Source of the DNA: Candidatus Bathyarchaeia archaeon
Lineage (GTDB): Archaea; Thermoproteota; Bathyarchaeia; Bathyarchaeales; Bathycorpusculaceae
Length of the DNA stretch: 64,000 bases
Direction: 5' to 3'
Assembly (NCBI GenBank): GCA_041447175.1
Contig: CP166960.1
Span: forward strand, 703,507 to 767,506
In this document: positions 37,995-45,896 of the stretch, in pieces
How the letters are laid out: each line of letters begins with the position of its first letter
How positions within the stretch are numbered: position 1 is the first letter of the stretch
Position numbers and translations under genes: made by a program
Notes under the pieces: model-generated
What the model was told of the DNA's origin: nothing
The model's input: only the letters and a program-made list of their open reading frames with translations
The model's database searches: none

Positions 37995-38732
37995 TTATGG
38001 GGCTTCTTTGAGGGTGCACACCACCCCGCCCAACTGCAAAAGCCGTTTTCCCGTCGCCGTATCCGATTTGACCACCCGCGTTTTCACGCCTTTATTGGTG
38101 GCGACCTGCGTTAGCCTTTGGAGGCGGTTTTTTCGGCGGTTACCCGTAAGCTGCGTGTCGGTCAGCATGAGGTATTCGGGTTCAGGCTTACCCGGCGGGT
38201 GTACTCCGTAAACAGCTTCTTCAATGTCCTCCAACGCGTACAAAACCATGGGCGTCTGGACAGGGGCATTTAGACGCCTCTCAAGCAGTTCCAGCAGGTT
38301 CTCGTTTTCCTCGGAGGTGGCTTTGCCAATTATTTTGCGAAACTCTGCTGTCCGCGTCAAAACCGTCACTTCATGCATCGTGGAGGCAGACCCCGTGACT
38401 TGTGCAAACGCGGCTTTGCTTGGACCCCCAATAAGCCATGCGTGGTGCTCTTTGATGTGCCGCAGAAAATCCGCTGAAAAGCCTGCTCTGGGTGGGGAGG
38501 CGACGATTATGCTTTGGACGCCTTCTTTTAAGGTGGGGCGCAGAGCGTTTATGATGGCTTCGTGAAAATTGTAGACCGCTTTTTGGTCACTTCGGTTTGC
38601 GTTGAGTGGAACGGTCTTTTCAGGCTTAGCAACGTGGCTGTAAACTTTCCACAGCGTTGCCTGCTCCTCTTTTAAGCCTACCAGAACCGCAACGGGGTAC
38701 CCTCGCCGATATCTTCTCTGAAACGTCACCAC
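37995..38732 (-). CDS. Short Pelota/eRF1-family protein
   Basis: Central and C-terminal eRF1-like regions (MVLYALEDIEEAVYG, EYLMLTDT, GKRLLQLGGVVCTLK), but only 245 aa versus ~350 for canonical Pelota. Confidence 0.5.
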   Translation of the reverse strand: MVTFQRRYRRGYPVAVLVGLKEEQATLWKVYSHVAKPEKTVPLNANRSDQKAVYNFHEAIINALRPTLKEGVQSIIVASPPRAGFSADFLRHIKEHHAWLIGGPSKAAFAQVTGSASTMHEVTVLTRTAEFRKIIGKATSEENENLLELLERRLNAPVQTPMVLYALEDIEEAVYGVHPPGKPEPEYLMLTDTQLTGNRRKNRLQRLTQVATNKGVKTRVVKSDTATGKRLLQLGGVVCTLKEAP

Positions 38733-38746
38733 AATCCTTCCGCTGG

Positions 38747-39400
38747 TCAGGTTCTTCTATGTCTCACCGCTACCCTATAAGCTATCACGGCAACGACGCC
38801 TGTGGCTACTGCTGCAAACACGTAGAGCACGGCGTCTTCTAACCCGATGACTTGTGGCTGCCACATGTTGGTTTTATCCATTACCGTGTCGATTGAGAAA
38901 TTGTACTCGGGGTAAGTTGAATGCGCCTCCACCAGTACCCCTGTTTGTTGGTCCCAATAAAAGGTGGTTTGTGGGGTTCTTCCAGAAGCCACAGACCGCG
39001 GTGCGTCACCATAAGTTTTCTGTTGTACACTTTCAATTGTGATGTTGCCTTGATGGGCATCAAAGAAAGATTCGCCTTCGGTGAGGTCAGCGGGGATGAA
39101 GAAGGCGTCTCCGATTTGTCCCGTTTCAAGGTTCAGGGTTACGTTTTCCACCAAGAAGGTGCCGTTTTGAAATTGGGTTGTTACGTTAAGGTTAATGACT
39201 GTGCCCTGAACGTTTTTAACCTCCATTCTTGCCCACTGCGCGTCATGGTCTCCAGGCGGCGACCCCGAAGTTGCAACCTGGTACTCTATCCAGTCCCCTT
39301 CCTTTGTGCCCACAGAAATGCTGGCAGAAACCAAAACGGACGCGGCAACCAAAACAACAAATAAAGCCGCGGTTACTGCTGCGACGCGCTTCTTGTTCAT
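38747..39400 (-). CDS. Secreted protein with C-terminal TM anchor (hypothetical)
   Basis: Signal peptide (AAVTAALFVVLVAASVLVSASIS) and a C-terminal helix plus RHRRT. Confidence 0.45.
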   Translation of the reverse strand: MNKKRVAAVTAALFVVLVAASVLVSASISVGTKEGDWIEYQVATSGSPPGDHDAQWARMEVKNVQGTVINLNVTTQFQNGTFLVENVTLNLETGQIGDAFFIPADLTEGESFFDAHQGNITIESVQQKTYGDAPRSVASGRTPQTTFYWDQQTGVLVEAHSTYPEYNFSIDTVMDKTNMWQPQVIGLEDAVLYVFAAVATGVVAVIAYRVAVRHRRT

Positions 39401-39543
39401 TTTTATTCGGGGATAGTTGTGGCAGAAGCTGCCTTTAAGATTTGCTAACCGTCTCAGTTGCGCTGGTTTTCTGGGGGTTTGGAAAAGTATAAAGGCATCT
39501 TCAGGCGAGAAGTAACTTCTACTTACATGTAAGGGTTGAGAGG

Positions 39544-40128
39544 ATGCAAGCAGTTGGCATTATCCTGTTTCTAATCAGCGTTGGAACTATCGCCGCGCCT
39601 ATAGGTGCCGTCATCGTCATGTACCACGATAACTTGGCAGAGTTGGTGGTTCCACCTGAAATTTCTGAACTTATCGACGGAAACAGCGCCGCCCTGCAGC
39701 AGAATCTGGGGATAAGCGGCGGCAGCGGCACAAACACATCCAACTCCGAGATGATGGGCATCACAGTTGTGGATAAACAGATAAACGCTTTGTCTCGAAC
39801 ATTCTCCATAACCGTAAACTTCACCAACCCCCTTAACCTCAACTTCACCCTCAACAACCTCTACGCAGGTGTCCAATGCGCAGAACACAACTTCTCCTTG
39901 GGCTCCGTCGGTCTCGATGGCACCGTAGCAATCCCCGCGGGAAAAGCCGCCCTGCTTACCGTGACGGGTTCATGGACGCAGGACGCCGAGAGTCACTTCC
40001 TCACCGAGCATCTAGGCGAAACATCCATAGATGTGACTCTGGTGGATGTGACTGTTGACTTAAACGGCATAACCATCCAGCAGAACGAGCCCATCCCCAT
40101 CGGTCCTGTTCCCATATTTGGCTGGTGA
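39544..40128 (+). CDS. N-terminally anchored extracytoplasmic protein (possible LEA_2/WHy-like beta-sandwich)
   Basis: One N-terminal TM. The NPLNLNFTLNNLYAGVQC...TVDLNGI pattern is reminiscent of LEA_2 domains. Confidence 0.35.
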   Translation: MQAVGIILFLISVGTIAAPIGAVIVMYHDNLAELVVPPEISELIDGNSAALQQNLGISGGSGTNTSNSEMMGITVVDKQINALSRTFSITVNFTNPLNLNFTLNNLYAGVQCAEHNFSLGSVGLDGTVAIPAGKAALLTVTGSWTQDAESHFLTEHLGETSIDVTLVDVTVDLNGITIQQNEPIPIGPVPIFGW

Positions 40129-40708
40129 CCGTATGCCCGGCAAGTTTAACTGGGTGGGCATAGTGGGTGGCTCTGCTACTCTTGTGCTCATTGCTGTTTC
40201 CTGGTTCGTTCCTTGGTGGAGCTTTAACATCGGAAGCCCCGCCTTCGTGGAAGCCTCCTTCTCGCCCGTTAACCTGAACTTTGCCCTCTTTGGCGATTCC
40301 CTCACGTTGCCGTTGATTTGGGCAATGAACATCTCGGTTTTGCTGTCTTTGGCTGCTGGCGGCATCATCATGCTGGTCTACTCCCTTGTACCCGCTAAGC
40401 CATACGCTAAGAGGCTGCTAAGCTTCAGCTACAACAAACCCATTTACGCGGTCGTCTTCTTTGTGGCTGAGTTGATTGTGATGGTGATTATGGCTAAGAC
40501 CCTTGTAGGACTTGACCTTCCCCTGTCAGGGTCAGCGGTCATTATGCTTCCGCCCAGCATGACTCAGGGAACAAGTGTGAGCGTCGCGGTTCTGGCGGCT
40601 TTTGGCTGGCCCTTCTACTTCGCAATCGTCGTTGCAATCCTTTGTGTGGTGGCCCGACTTGTGCACAAAAAAGTTGTTGGCGCTACCTCAACTGAACCCC
40701 AACCATAA
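40118..40708 (+). CDS. Hypothetical polytopic membrane protein
   Basis: ~5 hydrophobic helices. Overlaps the previous gene by 11 nt. Confidence 0.45.
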   Translation: MAGDRMPGKFNWVGIVGGSATLVLIAVSWFVPWWSFNIGSPAFVEASFSPVNLNFALFGDSLTLPLIWAMNISVLLSLAAGGIIMLVYSLVPAKPYAKRLLSFSYNKPIYAVVFFVAELIVMVIMAKTLVGLDLPLSGSAVIMLPPSMTQGTSVSVAVLAAFGWPFYFAIVVAILCVVARLVHKKVVGATSTEPQP

Positions 40709-40728
40709 CCCGCACACATCAAAGCTGG

Positions 40729-41475
40729 TCACGAGGTTGTGCTTGTCATTTCTTTTTCGGCATCATCTTGGCGGCTGGGTTTTTTGGTTACTTGTAGCTT
40801 TCTAAGCATTTCCCGGGCGTTTTCCAGCATCGCAGTGTCATTGTTAAAGAAAACATATGCCCCTGTCGGGTTTGCCTTAGCGATTTTAGCTGCGACCTCT
40901 TTGAGCTCTTTGTCCGTGTAGCGGTGAATATACCATGCGGTTCGACCATGCATCCGCAGATAAACCCTGCCTTCAAGGTTAACGACTTCCCTAGGCAAGT
41001 CGGGCGCATCCACACTCACCCAAACAACCCCCACATCCCTTGCCCAGCTGGTCCACTCGGGCGTGAACCACTGCTGGTTTCTCGCCTCAAGCGCAATTTT
41101 CCCCTCAATGCCTGTTTTTTGAATAAACCTTTCAATGATTGACGCGGAATGCGGTGTGGTTTTGGGTGGAAGCTGAAACAAGAAAAAATCCGTCACAGAC
41201 TCAAGGGGGGCAAAGAGTTGTTGGAAGTTTTGCCATCGGCTTATGGCTGCCTCGTTGAACTTGTAGGTGTGGGTGAAGAGGCGGTTGACTTTAATTGACC
41301 ACCGCAGGTTTTTGCCTTTGGTTGCCCATTTCTCAACGGTTTTTGCGGGTGGGTACCTGTAGAAGCTTGCGTTTAATTCTACGGCGTTTAATCCTGATTT
41401 GGCAGCGTACCAGTCTAGCCTACGCGTCTGGTTCCATTTGTAGTACCAGCCAGAAGTGCCTACAAAAGCATCCAT
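40729..41475 (-). CDS. DUF72 family protein
   Basis: N-terminal VGTSGWYYKWN, with FYRYPP and FFLFQLPP motifs characteristic of DUF72. Confidence 0.8.
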   Translation of the reverse strand: MDAFVGTSGWYYKWNQTRRLDWYAAKSGLNAVELNASFYRYPPAKTVEKWATKGKNLRWSIKVNRLFTHTYKFNEAAISRWQNFQQLFAPLESVTDFFLFQLPPKTTPHSASIIERFIQKTGIEGKIALEARNQQWFTPEWTSWARDVGVVWVSVDAPDLPREVVNLEGRVYLRMHGRTAWYIHRYTDKELKEVAAKIAKANPTGAYVFFNNDTAMLENAREMLRKLQVTKKPSRQDDAEKEMTSTTS

Positions 41476-41666
41476 GGTTAGTGGCTCCGGAAAATAAACA
41501 TATTAACTATCGTTGAAAGAGTAAATAAAAGTTTTAGTTCTCGTATCAAGTCAAAATTCTGCGGGTGAAAGTGCTTTTATGGCGCGGACGGTTTTGTTTT
41601 AAATGTTAAGGGAAGGCTTATTCAATTGTTCGTCGTATAGATAACTAATCTTTGTTGGGGAACGCG

Positions 41667-42401
41667 ATGACGGACGGCAAAGGAAAATTTGAACAAGACC
41701 TCAACGTGCTTGTCGCTAAACTTTCAGCAGACATGACAGAGGATCACAAGCACAAACTGGAAAAACTAAAACTTGACCTTATCAATCTCCAAAAACGCAA
41801 CATAGTCAAAATTAACCATTCTGTCATGGAGTTAGTCTGCGCCAAATACCTCATCCTTAAAGATTATGATGTTGAAATTGAGTACCCTCTTGACCCCATT
41901 TTAACCTGTGATTTGTTTTCCGCAAAAGGCTACGGAGACCTCATCGTGGAAATCGAAACCGGCTACATACCGCCCGAACACGCTATGGCTCCCCTAACGT
42001 ACACTTATGCGCGTTTGGCAAGCAAAATCGTCCGTTACAGTTGTTTTGCAGGAAAATTCGCCATTGGAGTTCCGCCTCACTATGTTTTGCCGCTACCGAC
42101 GGCTCTAACGTTGCCGCCTCGCCGAAGAAACCCCAACGACATTGAATACATCAAAAACCTCTGCGACCGCTTCTACCAAAACCCTCCCGTCACCTACGAT
42201 GGCATCCGAAATGCACGCATACACGAAATCTACCTAATCGACGTAGACCGGCTAAGAGTTCAAGAGATGGACCCCGAAACATACATGAAACGCGCTCTAA
42301 ACAAAGGAGTTGTCTTCACACCCTACGACGAAGCAATTGTTGAAAATGGCATAGGCACTCAGGGGCGTCAAGAAGAAAGAATTGACTACTACACCAAATA
42401 A
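41667..42401 (+). CDS. Hypothetical protein (possible PD-(D/E)xK-like core)
   Basis: CDLFSAKGYGDLIVEIETGY resembles a D...ExK-type nuclease core but lacks the Lys. Weak support. Confidence 0.3.
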   Translation: MTDGKGKFEQDLNVLVAKLSADMTEDHKHKLEKLKLDLINLQKRNIVKINHSVMELVCAKYLILKDYDVEIEYPLDPILTCDLFSAKGYGDLIVEIETGYIPPEHAMAPLTYTYARLASKIVRYSCFAGKFAIGVPPHYVLPLPTALTLPPRRRNPNDIEYIKNLCDRFYQNPPVTYDGIRNARIHEIYLIDVDRLRVQEMDPETYMKRALNKGVVFTPYDEAIVENGIGTQGRQEERIDYYTK

Positions 42402-42417
42402 CTCTGATGATACCTCG

Positions 42418-42684
42418 ATGCCCTACTTCGTTTACATACTTCTTTGTCAAGACGGAACCTTCTACACTGGCTATACCAAAAACGTGCAGGAACGCGCCAA
42501 CCTGCATGCAAACGGACGCGGCGCCAAATACACCAAATCACATCCGCCAAAGCAGGTTTCCTATGTGGAAACGTTTTCTTCCCGTTCAGAAGCTATGCGC
42601 CGCGAGAAGGCAATTAAGAAGCTAAACCACCAACAAAAACAAGCCCTCATTGACTCACAAAGCAACCCAAAAAACTCTCCCTAA
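42418..42684 (+). CDS. GIY-YIG nuclease superfamily protein (UPF0213-like)
   Basis: YFVYILLCQDGTFYTGYTKNVQERANLHANGRGAKYT...SEAMRREKAIKK carries the GIY-YIG motifs. Confidence 0.8.
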   Translation: MPYFVYILLCQDGTFYTGYTKNVQERANLHANGRGAKYTKSHPPKQVSYVETFSSRSEAMRREKAIKKLNHQQKQALIDSQSNPKNSP

Positions 42685-42740
42685 CGCTTCAAGGAAACGT
42701 TTGATAACCCGTTTGGTTCAAGATGTTTCAGTGAAGCACG

Positions 42741-43217
42741 ATGCCTAAGTCCAAGCTGACTTGGAGCCAAAAACTCCCAGAGCAAAGGCTCCCAAAAGTT
42801 GAGCAGATTCCCGAGCGCATGGTTAACCGCTGGGGCACCGGCACCATAGTTATTCCCGCCCCCATCGAGGTTGATGAACTCATGCGGAAGGTCCCAAAGG
42901 GTAAACTTGTCACAATGAACATCCTTCGCGCGGCGCTTGCCAAAAAACATAACGCCACCATCGGGTGCCCCATGACCACAGGCATTTTCAGCTGGATTGC
43001 CGCCCACGCAGCCGAGGAGCAACGGCAACAAGGTGCCTCCGACGTTACGCCCTATTGGCGAACGCTAAAAACGGGTGGTTTACTTAACGAAAAATACCCT
43101 TACGGCGCTGAAGGGCAAAAGCAGCTTTTGGAGACTGAAGGACACGTGGTTGTTAAAAAGGGAAAAAACTATGTTGTCCTAAACTACATCGAGGCTTTAG
43201 CCACAATTAGCGTTTGA
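42741..43217 (+). CDS. MGMT-family DNA-binding domain protein (alkyltransferase-like, no PCHR motif)
   Basis: VPKGKLVTMNILRAALAKK...TPYWRTLKTGGLL parallels the IPxGxVxTYGxIA...PWHRVV pattern. The active-site Cys motif is absent. Confidence 0.45.
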   Translation: MPKSKLTWSQKLPEQRLPKVEQIPERMVNRWGTGTIVIPAPIEVDELMRKVPKGKLVTMNILRAALAKKHNATIGCPMTTGIFSWIAAHAAEEQRQQGASDVTPYWRTLKTGGLLNEKYPYGAEGQKQLLETEGHVVVKKGKNYVVLNYIEALATISV

Positions 43218-44501
43218 TTAAATGATGAACATTAACGCTAATGCGGTGCAGATTGGGATAAGTAAATTGTCATTTATGGGCAGTGGCAAAAACTCAATAG
43301 TCATCCCTATCGCGGCGCCAACTAAGGCAATCCAAGGCGAAACAAACATTAAAGCCCCCAAAAACGCGAAGAAGAACCCGCCTAAGGAGCCTTCCAGCGT
43401 TTTTGACCGGTTAAACGGCATCGGCTTTTTGGACAGTGTGCCTCCGATGAGGGATGCGGTGCTGTCACCAAAGGTGAAGATGGCAATGGCGGCATAGCTT
43501 GCTGGAGCTGGGAAAAGTAAGAGCGTGAGCAGAATTCCAAACGCAAAGTACAACGGGGCTGTCGTAAATTCGCAGAGTTCTGATTGGGACGCCGCATGCC
43601 GGGTTACTGTTGAGAAGAAAGGCACGTTCATTCCTTTCACCCTTGATAACTCAGAAACCGTGTAAAAAACAATCACCAAACTTATGAAAAGCGCTACAAG
43701 CGGTACACCTAAGTAAATTGCAAAAATGGGCATGAAGATGCCTGAGGCGTGAATGGATTCGCGGAGTAGGTCTTTGGATGAGGGAAAACTTTTGGTTTTT
43801 TGGACGCCGTGAATGATGGGTAAAATTTTGGAAAGCCTGCCGGTTACAATGGCGTCTGCTTTTGTTTTTATGATAAAGTCGGAGTTGTAGCCGATTTTTA
43901 AAGCGTCTTTGAGAAAGATACTAGAGTTGTTGCGGTCATCAGCCACTACAACACAATCGCTGGGAGTCAGGTTTCCTTCTTCTAAAAGTTCCTTTAGAAC
44001 CAAAAATTTGCCGTTTGATTCAGTTACGTCGCCCCAAACCTCCCCCGTGAAGAAATCGCCTTCAATGCTAACCTCCACGCCTATCGCGTAGTCGGCACCA
44101 ACTTGTTTTGCTAATCGATCAACCAGAAACGTCGGAATGCCCGAACTGATCAGCGCTGTTTTACAGCCTTCAGCCCTTAAGGTGTCAAAGACTTCTTTGC
44201 TGTTGGGCATAAGCGGCAGATTATCAATGGTTTGATAAAACACTTCAAGTTTAGTGCCTCGTATAGTCCAAAAAATCCGCGTCAACGCCTGCTTAAGAGG
44301 CAAAGCTCCGATTTCGTACAAGAAACCCATGAGCAGCACCCGAAACAAATGTGCAAAACCTAAACTTCGTGCTACGTCAAAGAACAACCGGTTTCTAGGT
44401 ATCAGGACGCCTTCCACGTCAAAAACAGCAAGCTTTGGTTCCCTCCCCTCGGTAATCGTCAATGTTTTCACTTTTAACCCGTATTCTGGACTAACCCTCA
44501 A
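43218..44501 (-). CDS. Fusion of a HAD-IB (phosphoserine phosphatase-like) hydrolase domain and a polyprenol/dolichol kinase-like CTP-transferase membrane domain
   Basis: N-terminal KLAVFDVEGVLIP (DxDx motif variant), ALISSGIP and VVADDRNN. The C-terminal multi-TM region has FGDSTASLIGG, typical of the DolK/CdsA family. Confidence 0.6.
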   Translation of the reverse strand: MRVSPEYGLKVKTLTITEGREPKLAVFDVEGVLIPRNRLFFDVARSLGFAHLFRVLLMGFLYEIGALPLKQALTRIFWTIRGTKLEVFYQTIDNLPLMPNSKEVFDTLRAEGCKTALISSGIPTFLVDRLAKQVGADYAIGVEVSIEGDFFTGEVWGDVTESNGKFLVLKELLEEGNLTPSDCVVVADDRNNSSIFLKDALKIGYNSDFIIKTKADAIVTGRLSKILPIIHGVQKTKSFPSSKDLLRESIHASGIFMPIFAIYLGVPLVALFISLVIVFYTVSELSRVKGMNVPFFSTVTRHAASQSELCEFTTAPLYFAFGILLTLLLFPAPASYAAIAIFTFGDSTASLIGGTLSKKPMPFNRSKTLEGSLGGFFFAFLGALMFVSPWIALVGAAIGMTIEFLPLPINDNLLIPICTALALMFII

Positions 44502-44548
44502 TTATATACGCTGGCTTTAAAAGGAGTTTCTGATAAAAAGCACCCAAA

Positions 44549-45895
44549 TTAAGCAGATTTGCCGTTGAGCGCCTTTTCGTTCTGTAACTCCAATGGGCAA
44601 CCTCCACCGCAAACCTGCAGTTGAGGGCACCCCTCACATTTTTCTGGAGCGTAGGCTCGACTGCGGATTGCTTGGGCGGTGGGGTGGTTCCAGATTTTGC
44701 TCCAGCTGGCGGTGAGGATGTTTCCGAGGCTTTCAAAGTAGCTTTGACAGGGGTACACTTCGCCGTTGGGTGCCACGCACATATTAATGAGAGCGGCACT
44801 GCAGGACTTTACGCCTAACCCATACTGCACGGGGTCAAACTGGCAGTACTGCGTGGGTGTGTACCACAAAAACTTAAGCCCCAACTCCTGCGCTTTGTCC
44901 CTAACCTGCGGCAACAACACATGCAAGTCGTCAATGGTCAGGGCAAACTGCTGGCTTACCTCGTTGGCTTTGCCTGAGTAGATGAGGCTGTTGCAGCCAA
45001 ACGCATCCACACCCAAACCCTTAATGAAGTCTACTGTGTCCAAGAAGCTCTTCGCGTTATGTTTGCTAAGCGTGGTGTTAGTGGTGACGTAAATTTGCGA
45101 GTTTACGACGTTTCGGATGCCCGCTACGGTTTCCTTCCAGCTGCCCGCGGAGGCAGTCATGGCATCGTGCACTTCCGGTTTATGCGACTCCAACGTAACC
45201 TGCACAAAATCCAGCCCCGCCTTCTCCAACGCGTCCACGTAGGCTTTGTCTTGGAGGTTTCTACCGTTGGTTATTAGCCCCGTGACCATGCCTTTGTTTT
45301 GGGCATAAAGCAGCAACTCCGGCAGGTCCTCGCGTAGGGTGGGTTCGCCGCCCGTGAAAGTCAAAATGAACACGCCGATACTGCTTAGGTGGTCTATTGC
45401 TTGTTTCCACTGTGCCGTGGTCATTTCAGCGGTTTCGTGGGGTCCGCCTGCGTAGCAGTGAATGCAGTTGTTTTGGCAGCGGAAAGTCAACGCCATATCC
45501 ATACGCAACGGCGCTGTGTACGCGTAGCTGAACGGCTCCTCCTTTTCCACATCCAAAAAGGTCACAGGGCAAATTTTCTCCGTTTCAGCCAGTGTGCTGA
45601 TTGTGTAGATAAGCCGCTCGTAGTCCGCTTTGGCTTGGTTTTCGTCAACGCGAAATGTGCCGCGGATTTTTTTGATAACCTCCGCTTCGGGCATGCCCTG
45701 CATGAAGAAATATGCGTAAGCTGAGGCGGTTGGGTTAAGGTGCAGCACAGTGTTTGCGTTAATCACCATGACGCCGCGTTCATCCGATTCAACACGTAGT
45801 TGCAGCGCCATACCCGTGAATTCGCCTGTTCCACGGTAAGTGTACCGCCCAGCAGGCACCACGCTTTTTCTAAGTAACTTGTTTTTCCAACTCAT
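44549..45895 (-). CDS. Radical SAM/SPASM-domain enzyme with N-terminal PqqD-like (RRE) domain
   Basis: CQNNCIHC (CX3CX2C). SPASM Cys cluster (CSAALINMCVAPNGEVYPCQ...CEGCPQLQVCGGGCP). The N-terminal VMVINANTVLHLNPTASAYAYFFMQGMPEAEVIKKIRGTFRVDENQAKADYERLIYTISTL resembles PqqD/RRE. The ATG at 45895 lies 1 nt after the upstream stop. Confidence 0.8.
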   Translation of the reverse strand: MSWKNKLLRKSVVPAGRYTYRGTGEFTGMALQLRVESDERGVMVINANTVLHLNPTASAYAYFFMQGMPEAEVIKKIRGTFRVDENQAKADYERLIYTISTLAETEKICPVTFLDVEKEEPFSYAYTAPLRMDMALTFRCQNNCIHCYAGGPHETAEMTTAQWKQAIDHLSSIGVFILTFTGGEPTLREDLPELLLYAQNKGMVTGLITNGRNLQDKAYVDALEKAGLDFVQVTLESHKPEVHDAMTASAGSWKETVAGIRNVVNSQIYVTTNTTLSKHNAKSFLDTVDFIKGLGVDAFGCNSLIYSGKANEVSQQFALTIDDLHVLLPQVRDKAQELGLKFLWYTPTQYCQFDPVQYGLGVKSCSAALINMCVAPNGEVYPCQSYFESLGNILTASWSKIWNHPTAQAIRSRAYAPEKCEGCPQLQVCGGGCPLELQNEKALNGKSA

Positions 45896-45896
45896 C

